Positions 29,278 to 38,137 of a DNA stretch of 64,000 nt are shown one piece after another (the stretch's first letter is position 1; every line of letters starts with the position of its first letter). The notes below the pieces were generated by a model. It saw only the letters and a list, made by a program, of their open reading frames with translations. It was not told the origin of the DNA and did no database searches. Position numbers and translations under genes: made by a program. The DNA comes from a virus. The DNA lies in IMG/VR virus record IMGVR_UViG_3300043446_004488, positions 12,457 through 76,456 of that record, one strand, 5' to 3'.

Positions 29278-29867
29278 TATCTTGTATTAAAAAAGAATGT
29301 TTGAAATAATCTACCATTATACATGTTATCACCAAAATAATCTATAGATGCATGAAATAACTTTCCTGGATATAGAATCAATCTATTATAAATGTTCCCT
29401 ATTTTATCAACAACTTCCCACTTTGTATAATCATATCCATCTTCACCATGGTCAACATTGTCAACAGACTTTCTTTCTCCAGTTCTTTTATGTCTGTATA
29501 AAGCAGTTCCACCACTCAAAGGAGCATCTGGAGTTAAATAACACACACCAGCCCACATATTATTGTAATCAGAGTGAATCCAAGTCCTATCCATAGCAGT
29601 ACAGATTTGAAATGCTCCAGTATATCCATCACCATTTTCATCTAATAACCAATCAGTTACTCCACCAGCAGCATGTGAAAGAAGATCATTAATCACTTCT
29701 TTATTACTTTCATTTAAAAATGACTTAGTTCTCATTCCTGGATAATTTCCACGAACTGAAAATTCTTGTGATAAAGCAAAACTTCTCACATCATCAGGAT
29801 TATTATAAAAATTATCAGCTATAATTAAATTTACATTCATCCAACTATAGCTCCTGTTTTTGAACAA
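29274..29867 (-). CDS. 2OG-Fe(II) oxygenase (DUF6445-like)
   Basis: DNFY.NPD.VR, HSD, YLTPDAP..GGT, YNRL...H, RL; paralog of 26577-27161. Confidence 0.75.
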   Translation of the reverse strand: MFKNRSYSWMNVNLIIADNFYNNPDDVRSFALSQEFSVRGNYPGMRTKSFLNESNKEVINDLLSHAAGGVTDWLLDENGDGYTGAFQICTAMDRTWIHSDYNNMWAGVCYLTPDAPLSGGTALYRHKRTGERKSVDNVDHGEDGYDYTKWEVVDKIGNIYNRLILYPGKLFHASIDYFGDNMYNGRLFQTFFFNTRY

Positions 29868-30589
29868 TATTTTATATTGGGGTCAATATATTTAAATCCC
29901 TCCCACCCTGGTTCATTTTCTGCAACTCTTTTCCCATGAAAATACTCTCCAATATGATTCACCATGATTTCTCCTTCTGAGGTTTTTAAAAGACCTGCAC
30001 CAAGATTATACTTGTTTAAAAGATAATTTGCAATTACAGATTCTGATGGATTAAATCCTGTTTCTTCAAAAATAGGTTCTCTGGCAATCCATGCAGGGTA
30101 TAAAGACATTAACATCCAAAAGTATGGAGTTGCCTTTTCATATCTATAGTCCTTAAAAATTACATCATCATCTTTAGGACCAATCTTTTCTGTTTCAAAG
30201 TCATACCAATTATTTCTTTTTAATTGTATTTGAGATAATGTACTGTCTTGTTGCAAAAGTTCAATCAAATCAATAACTTTTAATGGATTCATTAATTCTA
30301 CATCATCTTCATGATGAAAAATATAATCATAATCTCTTTGTTTTACTAGGTCAAAAAGTTGTTTCCAGGTTTTAGTTATACCTAAATTTTCTTCGTGAAA
30401 AATTAATTCATTATATCCATGAGAAATAACAAACTCTGCTAAAGAATCATTATCTCTCCCCATGGGATAATCATCAATAAACAAATGATGAACATCTAAT
30501 CCACTGAAATCTAATTTTTTATTTGCCTCAAATGTTTTTTGAAGAAACTCTACTCTATTAGTGGAAAAAACTACATGAAGTAATTTCAT
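29837..30589 (-). CDS. GT-A fold glycosyltransferase
   Basis: FIDD, ENLG, FHHEDD motifs. Confidence 0.65.
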   Translation of the reverse strand: MKLLHVVFSTNRVEFLQKTFEANKKLDFSGLDVHHLFIDDYPMGRDNDSLAEFVISHGYNELIFHEENLGITKTWKQLFDLVKQRDYDYIFHHEDDVELMNPLKVIDLIELLQQDSTLSQIQLKRNNWYDFETEKIGPKDDDVIFKDYRYEKATPYFWMLMSLYPAWIAREPIFEETGFNPSESVIANYLLNKYNLGAGLLKTSEGEIMVNHIGEYFHGKRVAENEPGWEGFKYIDPNIKYCSKTGAIVG

Positions 30590-31712
30590 ATCTTTGTATA
30601 AGATCTAAAGTTTTATTAAAAGAACTGTCCATTTTAAAATAATTTACCCATATATTTCTGTTACTTAGTTGAATATTTAATAGTTCTTTTTCAGTATGAC
30701 TATTATGAAAGTTTTGAATCACTTTATCAATCTCAGTAAAATTATTAGAATTTTCTTTGGTCACATAAACTGTATTTGTCTTATATGGTATTTCATTTTC
30801 AAAAGGCAAAATACATTCTGTGTCGATTAATACAGGTATTCTACCCATCATAAAAGTTTCTTGCAACCTAAAAGAAAAATTACCTGCTCCCCTAACACAG
30901 AGGCTATATAAATTATTTTTTAAGTTATCAATATACTCACTTTTAAATTTATTTGGTGTTGTTTTATCTTTTGATATGTAATCATAACCATTAATACCAC
31001 CCCAAAATACTCTTTCTATTAAATCAAAATATGAGTAATTTTTTAATTGATTTACAACATTATATCTAAAAAGTTTAGAATCAGATTTTGGATTTTCCAA
31101 ATAAAATTTTTCAGCATCTTCTACTGTATTGCATCCAAAACGATGAAAGCATTCATTATAATCTTTTACTTGACCACAAAATCCTACTGTTAATTGCTTA
31201 TCAAGAAAATCATCTTTAAAATAATCTGCATTTGCTGTGGGGCATCCAAAAATATTTTTTGATTTTTTGTTTTTATATCCACTTGGAGTAAATAAAATTA
31301 TATCAGAATCAAAAAAACTTGGAATAGAAAAACTATTATCATCAGAATTTTGAAACAGTATGATTTTTTTATTTTGAGATTTTGCTTGTAAAATATCAAA
31401 AGTAATTGTTTGTTTTTCTATGGTTTCATTGGAAGAAATTATTGATGTGTTTATTGTTTCTTTGACTGGAAGAACATCAACTACACAATCACATTCAGAT
31501 AAATCATACAATGGGATATTTATATTAAATATATCAAAAAATATATTTTTACTTTCTTCATTCAAATAATTAAAAAGTTTAGATTTTAATTCAAAGGGAA
31601 GTAAACAAAAATAAAAGTAGTAATGAAATCCATCAAAATAATTTTGAGGTAGTATATTATAATTTAATAAAAAATTAAACTTATCCAGATTTATAAAAAA
31701 TTTCATATTCAA
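30558..31712 (-). CDS. Exostosin-like (GT47) glycosyltransferase
   Basis: YSLCVRGAGNFSFRLQETFMMGRIPV...LPF. Confidence 0.75.
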   Translation of the reverse strand: MNMKFFINLDKFNFLLNYNILPQNYFDGFHYYFYFCLLPFELKSKLFNYLNEESKNIFFDIFNINIPLYDLSECDCVVDVLPVKETINTSIISSNETIEKQTITFDILQAKSQNKKIILFQNSDDNSFSIPSFFDSDIILFTPSGYKNKKSKNIFGCPTANADYFKDDFLDKQLTVGFCGQVKDYNECFHRFGCNTVEDAEKFYLENPKSDSKLFRYNVVNQLKNYSYFDLIERVFWGGINGYDYISKDKTTPNKFKSEYIDNLKNNLYSLCVRGAGNFSFRLQETFMMGRIPVLIDTECILPFENEIPYKTNTVYVTKENSNNFTEIDKVIQNFHNSHTEKELLNIQLSNRNIWVNYFKMDSSFNKTLDLIQRYEITSCSFFH

Positions 31713-32053
31713 TTAACTATAAAAGCTTTTTCTTTTCCTTGTGGAAGTTTTTTAACTGGTTGCATCGGTTGCCTTCCTCTTAGATTATAAGGATCAACTC
31801 CTTCTGGAATTGGATCATCCCACTTACTATCTGAATTAACAATCTCATTCGTAGGAAGTGCCTTTGGAGATTCAATATCAACTACAGGTCCCATTAATAA
31901 TTTATTTGTAGTAATAATTCTATTTTTAGGATCAAAAGAAACCATCATTAAAGCATCTTCTTTTTTAGCACAATCTACAATCTTTTTTCCAGTGTTTTTA
32001 TTAATCACTGAATAATATTCCTCATTATATTTTTTCATCAAAAAAGGGGGCAT
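31709..32053 (-). CDS. Hypothetical protein
   Basis: 114-aa ORF; true start may be the second Met. Confidence 0.6.
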   Translation of the reverse strand: MPPFLMKKYNEEYYSVINKNTGKKIVDCAKKEDALMMVSFDPKNRIITTNKLLMGPVVDIESPKALPTNEIVNSDSKWDDPIPEGVDPYNLRGRQPMQPVKKLPQGKEKAFIVN

Positions 32054-32064
32054 TAATATCCCCC

Positions 32065-32093
32065 AGTATAACTTACTTTTATTTAATTGTCAA
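32065..32093 (-). promoter_or_regulatory. sigma70-type promoter
   Basis: TTGACA-N17-TATACT. Confidence 0.65.
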
Positions 32094-32261
32094 TCATGAA
32101 GATAGAATAGACCTACACATTCTCCTACAACTTTGAGTATCCTCATCACATTCTGTCAAACATTCAAAATATTCTGCAACTATATCATTTGGACTTTCTC
32201 TAATATCACTCTCTGTTTGTTTCCAGTAGGCAAGTTGATTGTAAGAAATTAAGTTGTGCAT
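32094..32261 (-). CDS. Small Cys-rich cyanophage protein (55 aa)
   Basis: Start moved to MHNLISYNQL (GGAGG RBS); EYFECLTEC...CRRMC. Confidence 0.7.
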   Translation of the reverse strand: MHNLISYNQLAYWKQTESDIRESPNDIVAEYFECLTECDEDTQSCRRMCRSILSS

Positions 32262-32334
32262 AATGACCTCCATGCACCGTGAATAACATAATAAAGTTTT
32301 TTTAGATAGGTGTATTCTCACTCTTAGAACTTTA

Positions 32335-32463
32335 TCATTCATTCAATTCTTTGTCATCATCTTTTAATATATCTTCATCATTTTGTTTGATAGGTCTATA
32401 AAGTCCAGGCCATGTATCTCTAATAATTTCTGCAAGTTTATGTGGAGTTTCTGAACTAATCAT
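32335..32463 (-). CDS. Small hypothetical protein (42 aa)
   Basis: MISSETPHKLAEIIRDTWPGLYRP..., ATGA overlap with upstream ORF. Confidence 0.6.
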   Translation of the reverse strand: MISSETPHKLAEIIRDTWPGLYRPIKQNDEDILKDDDKELNE

Positions 32464-32594
32464 GGATTATGATTTTTATTTTCTTGAATTTTTTTATATC
32501 CCCAGAAAGCAAGGGCACCTATACCTAGACCAGCAACGCAACAAATAAACATATGAATAAGGTGAATACAAGTGTTATGATCGTGAGTGTGCAT
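32460..32594 (-). CDS. Small membrane protein (44 aa)
   Basis: MHTHDHNTCIHLIHMFICCVAGLGIGALAFWGYKKIQENKNHNP, starts right after petE stop. Confidence 0.55.
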   Translation of the reverse strand: MHTHDHNTCIHLIHMFICCVAGLGIGALAFWGYKKIQENKNHNP

Positions 32595-32595
32595 A

Positions 32596-32919
32596 TTATG
32601 AAACGTGAATGTGTCCAATCATTCCTGCTGCTTTATGAGGATCGCACCAAAAGGTATAGTCGCCAGGAGTATCAAAAGAAATGTCAAAGGATTCTCCAGG
32701 CATAACAGCGAGTCCTTTGTGAGATAGTTCGGGATGACCGTCAACAACAACATTGTGAGGAGGTAGCACATTGTTGATAAAATGAATGCTATCACCAGCA
32801 CTGATAGAAATCTCATTTGGTTCAAATACAAGTTGTCCGTTGTTGCCCATCTGAACATCTACTGCCCAAGCAGGAAGGGTAAAGAAAAATGTAGCTAGAA
32901 GTGTGAAAATAAACTTCAT
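32596..32919 (-). CDS. petE: Plastocyanin
   Basis: Signal peptide, PHNVV, C-D-P-H...M copper ligands. Confidence 0.95.
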   Translation of the reverse strand: MKFIFTLLATFFFTLPAWAVDVQMGNNGQLVFEPNEISISAGDSIHFINNVLPPHNVVVDGHPELSHKGLAVMPGESFDISFDTPGDYTFWCDPHKAAGMIGHIHVS

Positions 32920-32948
32920 ATAAGTTTACACAACTCCATTATATAGAC

Positions 32949-32975
32949 AAAAAAAGAGGGAGTCAATCCCCCTCT
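32949..32975 (-). terminator. psbA terminator with nested petE promoter
   Basis: AGAGGGGG-ATTGA-CTCCCTCT + T run; TTGACT-N17-TATAAT spans 32966-32938. Confidence 0.75.
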
Positions 32976-32994
32976 AATTTTATGTTATGATTTA

Positions 32995-34074
32995 TCAACC
33001 AATTGCAGGTGCCTTGAGAGCAACAGGAGTTGCTTCAGTGCTTGCAAGATCCAGAGGGAAGTTGTGTGCATTCCTTTCGTGAATTACCTCAAACCCGAGA
33101 TTAGCACGATTCAATACATCTGCCCAGGTGTTAATCACATGACCCTGACTATCTTGAATAGATTGGTTAAAATTGAAACCATTCAAATTGAATGCCATTG
33201 TAGAAACACCCAGAGCAGTAAACCAGATGCCTACAACAGGCCAAGCAGCAAGGAAGAAGTGCAGTGAACGAGAGTTATTAAAGGAAGCATATTGGAAAAT
33301 AAGGCGACCAAAATAACCATGGGCAGCAACAATGTTATATGTCTCTTCTTCTTGTCCAAACTTATAACCATAGTTTTGCGACTCATTTTCAGTAGTTTCA
33401 CGAACCAGTGAAGAGGTTACAAGTGAACCATGCATAGCAGAGAACAGAGAACCACCAAATACTCCAGCAACACCAAGCATATGGAATGGGTGCATCAAAA
33501 TATTATGTTCTGCCTGAAACACAAGCATGTAGTTAAAAGTACCACTGATACCCAGAGGCATACCATCAGAAAAAGAACCTTGACCAAAAGGATAGACCAG
33601 AAATACAGCAGTAGCAGCAGCAACAGGAGCACTGTAGGCAACCATAATCCAAGGACGCATACCAAGACGGTAAGAGAGTTCCCATTCACGACCCATATAG
33701 CAGAAGACTCCAATAAGGAAGTGGAAAACTACAAGTTGGTAAGGACCACCATTGTAGAGCCACTCATCAAGAGAAGCAGCTTCCCAGATAGGATAGAAGT
33801 GAAGACCAATAGCATTGGAAGAAGGAACAACAGCACCAGAGATAATATTATTTCCATACATCAGAGAACCAGAAACAGGTTCACGAATACCATCAATGTC
33901 CACAGGAGGAGCACCAATGAATGCAATAATAAAGCAAGTTGTAGCAGCAAGTAGACAAGGAATCATAAGGACTCCGAACCAACCAACATAAAGACGATTA
34001 TTGGTGGAAGTAACCCACTCGCAGAATTGATTCCAAGTATTTGTGGAACGTTGTTGTGAAATAGTAGCAGTCAT
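32995..34074 (-). CDS. psbA: Photosystem II D1 protein (uninterrupted)
   Basis: Full-length D1: NRLYVGWFG...[13 protein letters not shown]. Confidence 0.99.
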   Translation of the reverse strand: MTATISQQRSTNTWNQFCEWVTSTNNRLYVGWFGVLMIPCLLAATTCFIIAFIGAPPVDIDGIREPVSGSLMYGNNIISGAVVPSSNAIGLHFYPIWEAASLDEWLYNGGPYQLVVFHFLIGVFCYMGREWELSYRLGMRPWIMVAYSAPVAAATAVFLVYPFGQGSFSDGMPLGISGTFNYMLVFQAEHNILMHPFHMLGVAGVFGGSLFSAMHGSLVTSSLVRETTENESQNYGYKFGQEEETYNIVAAHGYFGRLIFQYASFNNSRSLHFFLAAWPVVGIWFTALGVSTMAFNLNGFNFNQSIQDSQGHVINTWADVLNRANLGFEVIHERNAHNFPLDLASTEATPVALKAPAIG

Positions 34075-34098
34075 TTGTTTGTTTAAAGGGTAAGTAAT

Positions 34099-34198
34099 GT
34101 TCTGAGGGACGAACTTTACGGTATTATTTCCACACTACCCTCTAGTGTGGATATGAGAGACGTGTTTTACCCTCCCATAGGTCTCGGTTAACGGGAGC
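34099..34198 (-). ncRNA. PhotoRC-II-like RNA in the psbA leader
   Basis: CCGAGACC...CGTCTCTCATATCC-[CACACTA hairpin, GAGGG loop]...CCCTC; two potential pseudoknot pairings; position matches the known cyanophage psbA 5' motif. Confidence 0.75.
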
Positions 34199-34204
34199 AC
34201 AATT

Positions 34205-34273
34205 GTTAAGAAGTTGTAACAGTTCTTAACTTGTTGATGTATTTATCATAACAGTGTTAGGAAATCCTGTCAA
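34205..34273 (-). promoter_or_regulatory. psbA composite promoter and operator-like palindrome
   Basis: TTGACA-N17-TATGAT overlapping ATAAATA (late), then GTTAAGAA-N10-TTCTTAAC. Confidence 0.75.
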
Positions 34274-34295
34274 TAGAGACAATTACCTAAGTGTC

Positions 34296-35531
34296 CTAGA
34301 TGCCGAATCGTCCTCTGGTTGTGTTAAAGTTTTGTTGAACTTCTGATGCTGTGAGTGCTCTGTTGTATTTTACAAAATTATAAATTTGAACATTTCCATA
34401 TTCATCTCCTACACCCAATCTTAACACACTAGAACTATCTGTGGATGCCATAGTTCCAGCAGATCCATATAAAGAACCATTTACATAACAGTTCACATTT
34501 CCAGAACCAGAATAGGTAAAAGTAATATGTTTTATAGTGCCAATATCTACTGTTGTAAATGATGTTTGTACATTATTATGTTTCCAAAGAACAGTGTTAT
34601 CTGGTACATAATAAAAAATTAATATTCCAGATCCAGCACCAGATCCTTTTGTGATAATTCCTGGATATGTATTAACAGACGAAACTATTTTATAAACTAA
34701 ACTAAAAGACCATGGACTATCATGAGGAAATTGAGTATCAGAATTATTAGATAATTGGCAACGATCAGTTGTTCCACTAAACACAATACTTCCACCATTA
34801 GAATTACTAAAAGTTGGTCCATTTAAAAGAGTTCCAGTATTACTTCTACCAGTCAAATCAGTTAATGTAGTTCCTCTGGTTTTTGCGGTAGAAGTTGTTG
34901 CGTAGTAATCTGTGGTGGTGTTTCCGATTTCAAGTTGTCTTCCCCAAACATAATTTGACCCAGAAGTATTACCAAAACGATTAATCATATCAACAAAAGT
35001 ATTCACATTTGTGGTACTCGTTTTAAAAGTCAATGATAATCTATACCAACTATTCGTCAATTTAGTCGCAGTAGAACCCACAACTACTCCATCATTAGCA
35101 GCACCAGTTACACCAGTAGTTACACTTTCATTTGAATATGTAAATGAAGCATAATATCTTTTTCCACTAAAACCATTTTCATCTATTGTAATTTGAAAAT
35201 CTGGTTTAGTTCCTTGTTTAATATGAATACTATAAGTATACGTTGTATTTGTCGTCAACCCTACAGGAGCACCACTATATACATATCCTTGACTTAGACT
35301 TCCATTATTATCTAAGGTAGATGCTTGATTTGTCCCATTTGGGTCAGTAGTTGCCGTTGTATTTAATCCAATAATACCACCACCACTACCAGCAGCATAT
35401 GTTGGTGTTAGTCCAATAGAAGAAGTATCTAATACTAAGTTCTCATACTTATCATAACTCTTTAAACTTCCAGCATCCAAACATAAGACCAAACCATCTT
35501 CTTTTAAATCTGGTCCAGCAAATACTCCCAT
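34296..35531 (-). CDS. LamG/concanavalin-like fibre protein with inserted carbohydrate-binding-like module
   Basis: GLVLCLDAG...YNRALTASEVQQNF; insert TYTYSIHIK...WYRLSLT...WGRQLE. Confidence 0.7.
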   Translation of the reverse strand: MGVFAGPDLKEDGLVLCLDAGSLKSYDKYENLVLDTSSIGLTPTYAAGSGGGIIGLNTTATTDPNGTNQASTLDNNGSLSQGYVYSGAPVGLTTNTTYTYSIHIKQGTKPDFQITIDENGFSGKRYYASFTYSNESVTTGVTGAANDGVVVGSTATKLTNSWYRLSLTFKTSTTNVNTFVDMINRFGNTSGSNYVWGRQLEIGNTTTDYYATTSTAKTRGTTLTDLTGRSNTGTLLNGPTFSNSNGGSIVFSGTTDRCQLSNNSDTQFPHDSPWSFSLVYKIVSSVNTYPGIITKGSGAGSGILIFYYVPDNTVLWKHNNVQTSFTTVDIGTIKHITFTYSGSGNVNCYVNGSLYGSAGTMASTDSSSVLRLGVGDEYGNVQIYNFVKYNRALTASEVQQNFNTTRGRFGI

Positions 35532-35559
35532 ATTACTCTTTGGTTTTTAGATATTTAGA

Positions 35560-36783
35560 TTAACTTGACAAAGATTGTATTAAAGAATTTGGAATGCGTG
35601 TTGGCCAATAAGTAATTCGAGATATTGTACCACAAAGTATATTACTTCCTCCAGTTCCTCTTGGTCCACCTATTCTCATTGCAGTTACATTTTGAGCTAT
35701 AGTTTTATTTGTAAGTGAATTATAAAGAACACCATTAACAGATAAACCAACATTATTATCTTGAATTGCAGTTGCCATTTTTATCTCATTAGAATAACTC
35801 AAACTATTACTATCAATTGCTCTTGCAGTATAATCGCCCGCGAGGGGAACTTCAATTCTTGCTTTTCCACCATTAAGATAATTTGGCATAATTGATACTC
35901 CATTTGCTGTTCCACTTCCTTCAACGTATGTTTCTAAAGCATTTCCCGATTGACTACCACTACTAGGAAGAAGTTTTGATTTTACAAGAAAAGTTCCTTG
36001 ACTTTGATTATACCAACTCGAAAAGTTAGTTCCAGTAATATTTGGAACTTCAGCACTTCTTGTGACTTGAGAGGTTGTAGTGGGTATATAAGAGGTTGGG
36101 AAATCACCTTGTTCCACTTGTGCTCCCCATAGATATATTTGAGATGACGCTCCGCTAGTATTTGTTCCTATTTCAAATCTCAATCCAGCAGTTCCACCAG
36201 CAGTTGTTCCAGTTGCTGATATTCTTTGCCAAGAATTAGTTAAAGTAATACTTCCAGAGCTTCCCCTAACTGTATCGGATTGCCAATCTTTAACTACAAC
36301 AGAACAAGATGTTGCACTACTTCCAGTTTTTAATCTTGCGTACACTGAACAAGTATATGTTGTATTTCCAGGACCTGGATTATAATCAAGAAAAAATCTT
36401 GCTCCAGATAATTGATCAAAAGTATTATACCCACCAACTGTACCACCATTGGGATATAAAATTGAACTATCAGAAGTCCAATTTGAATATGCCATAGTAA
36501 AGAGATTATTTGAATTATTTGTATGATAATTAATCCTCTGCTCCTCCACCAACAACCCAAGACTTTCACCCGTCAATGGGTCGTGGTCAAATCTTGCTTC
36601 ATTTGCAGAAGCAGTCTTAATCAGACCATCAGAACCAACATAAGTTCCAACACTATTTCTACTGAAAGTAATCAGATTATTACCAGAAATTCTATCTACT
36701 AAAGATTTCTTATTTGCAAAATCTAAAACTAAAGAAGGTTTTCCATAAGTGATAAAATCTGCTTTACCGTAATATACTCCCAT
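35560..36783 (-). CDS. Phage head/tail fibre-type protein
   Basis: PSLVLDF, ARFDHDP...GLLVEEQR, WGAQVEQG..PTSYIPT, VTRSA. Confidence 0.7.
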   Translation of the reverse strand: MGVYYGKADFITYGKPSLVLDFANKKSLVDRISGNNLITFSRNSVGTYVGSDGLIKTASANEARFDHDPLTGESLGLLVEEQRINYHTNNSNNLFTMAYSNWTSDSSILYPNGGTVGGYNTFDQLSGARFFLDYNPGPGNTTYTCSVYARLKTGSSATSCSVVVKDWQSDTVRGSSGSITLTNSWQRISATGTTAGGTAGLRFEIGTNTSGASSQIYLWGAQVEQGDFPTSYIPTTTSQVTRSAEVPNITGTNFSSWYNQSQGTFLVKSKLLPSSGSQSGNALETYVEGSGTANGVSIMPNYLNGGKARIEVPLAGDYTARAIDSNSLSYSNEIKMATAIQDNNVGLSVNGVLYNSLTNKTIAQNVTAMRIGGPRGTGGSNILCGTISRITYWPTRIPNSLIQSLSS

Positions 36784-36809
36784 TCTCTCTCAATATCTCT
36801 TTGTCTTAT

Positions 36810-37499
36810 TTAGATTCCAAATCTTCCTCTATGTGCGTTGAAGTTTTGTTGGATTTCTGTTGCTGTGAGGACACGATTGTAGTATGAAACCGTAGAAATA
36901 TTTCCCCCCATACATTCATTCAGAGCAGAATGATTTGCTCCTATGTATGGAGTGGTTGAGGTAAAGTTATAATCAAATGTATAAGTACTACCTGCCTGAA
37001 CTCCATTTTTGAATAATCTTAGAGTTCTTGAACCATTACTTCCACCATTTCCTATAAATGAAACATATATCCAATTACCAAAAAATGATAAATCAGCATC
37101 TTGTATTCTAAATCCATTCGCATAATATGCTAAACCATTTCCAACTCTTTTATCTAAACTAATTACTCCATAATCACTATTTGAACCAGTACCAGAAAAA
37201 AGTATAGAATAATCTTGTTGGGTTCTAGTACTCTTTGCCCAAAAATTCCAAGTAAATGCTCCTGTTCCTGGAGCAATTTGAGAACTTGATAGAGTTACAT
37301 AATCATTAGTCCCATCAAAAACAATAGACCCACCGTTCGCACTACTATAAGTCGGTCCATTCGTAAGAGTTCCAGTATTCCCATTACCACTCAAATCAGT
37401 CCAAGTCGTTCCAGAACCAACATAAGACTTAGTATTACCCGCATCCAAACATAAGACTAAACCATTCATCACTATGGATGGTGAGTGAGAAAGTGCCAT
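36810..37499 (-). CDS. LamG/concanavalin-like fibre protein
   Basis: GLVLCLDAGN...WTDLSGNGN.GTL.NGP...FDGTNDY...YNRVLTATEIQQNF. Confidence 0.75.
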   Translation of the reverse strand: MALSHSPSIVMNGLVLCLDAGNTKSYVGSGTTWTDLSGNGNTGTLTNGPTYSSANGGSIVFDGTNDYVTLSSSQIAPGTGAFTWNFWAKSTRTQQDYSILFSGTGSNSDYGVISLDKRVGNGLAYYANGFRIQDADLSFFGNWIYVSFIGNGGSNGSRTLRLFKNGVQAGSTYTFDYNFTSTTPYIGANHSALNECMGGNISTVSYYNRVLTATEIQQNFNAHRGRFGI

Positions 37500-37561
37500 C
37501 GTATCAAATCTTTAAAATATTTAGTGTTTATACCTAAATATAATGTTACAGGTATATAAAG

Positions 37562-37675
37562 ATGTCCAAGTCACCAAATAAGGGCAAAAAGGGTTCTGCT
37601 GGTGGTAAGCAGTCCAAACAGAATTCAGGTAATGCAACTGCGAAGAAAGCAAAGAATGGCGGCAAAAAGAAGTGA
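37562..37675 (+). CDS. Very basic small protein (37 aa)
   Basis: MSKSPNKGKKGSAGGKQSKQNSGNATAKKAKNGGKKK; CTAAATA late-type motif upstream. Confidence 0.65.
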   Translation: MSKSPNKGKKGSAGGKQSKQNSGNATAKKAKNGGKKK

Positions 37676-37678
37676 CTT

Positions 37679-37873
37679 ATGCCCAGAGAATGGAATACTC
37701 CAAAGCGTGAGCCTTGGAATGCTCCCATACACTTTATTCTCAAAGCAATAGACAATCACACTCACGAGTATTTCAAGAGTGGTGATGTTTGGCATCTATA
37801 TAAAGCAGATATGTTAAGACAATATCTTAGAGAATTAAAGACTTGGATACATCAACAGGAGGGTAGATTATGA
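37679..37873 (+). CDS. Hypothetical protein
   Basis: MPREWNTPKREPWNAPIH..., 3 nt after the preceding stop. Confidence 0.65.
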   Translation: MPREWNTPKREPWNAPIHFILKAIDNHTHEYFKSGDVWHLYKADMLRQYLRELKTWIHQQEGRL

Positions 37874-38016
37874 GTGATGTAGTTTGGAGCGTCAATATAC
37901 TTTTAGGTATTGGATTAATTGCAACTGCTTGGGTAATCTATTATATCCTAATGCTAGATAGAAATGAAGAAAAAAATTCTTCCCATACTGATTCTTCTGA
38001 GACTTCTGACTCATGA
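37870..38016 (+). CDS. Small single-pass membrane protein (48 aa)
   Basis: MSDVVWSVNILLGIGLIATAWVIYYILML...; GGAGG RBS; ATGA overlap. Confidence 0.6.
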   Translation: MSDVVWSVNILLGIGLIATAWVIYYILMLDRNEEKNSSHTDSSETSDS

Positions 38017-38137
38017 TGGGACCTTTTTAGAAAACAGAAGTCCTAAACCAAGAATTCAACCACCAGAAGTTCGTGCAGCAATTAGAAGAACTTGGAAAAG
38101 AGGTAGAAAGTTATTCTTTAAAGAGGTGGAAGTTTGA
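37964..38137 (+). CDS. Small basic protein with hydrophobic N-terminus (57 aa)
   Basis: MKKKILPILILLRLLTHDG..., overlaps previous ORF in another frame. Confidence 0.45.
   Translation: MKKKILPILILLRLLTHDGTFLENRSPKPRIQPPEVRAAIRRTWKRGRKLFFKEVEV

Noticed and set aside
32995-34074. Group I intron or homing endonuclease at psbA; adjacent psbD
   Set aside because: psbA is continuous and followed by a terminator and petE; no psbD in the window.
34296-37499. Diversity-generating retroelement acting on the similar LamG 3' ends
   Set aside because: Both copies are coding paralogs, differences are not adenine-specific, and no reverse transcriptase is in the window.
37546-37755. 69-aa minus-strand ORF
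   Set aside because: Antisense to the better supported plus-strand micro-operon.
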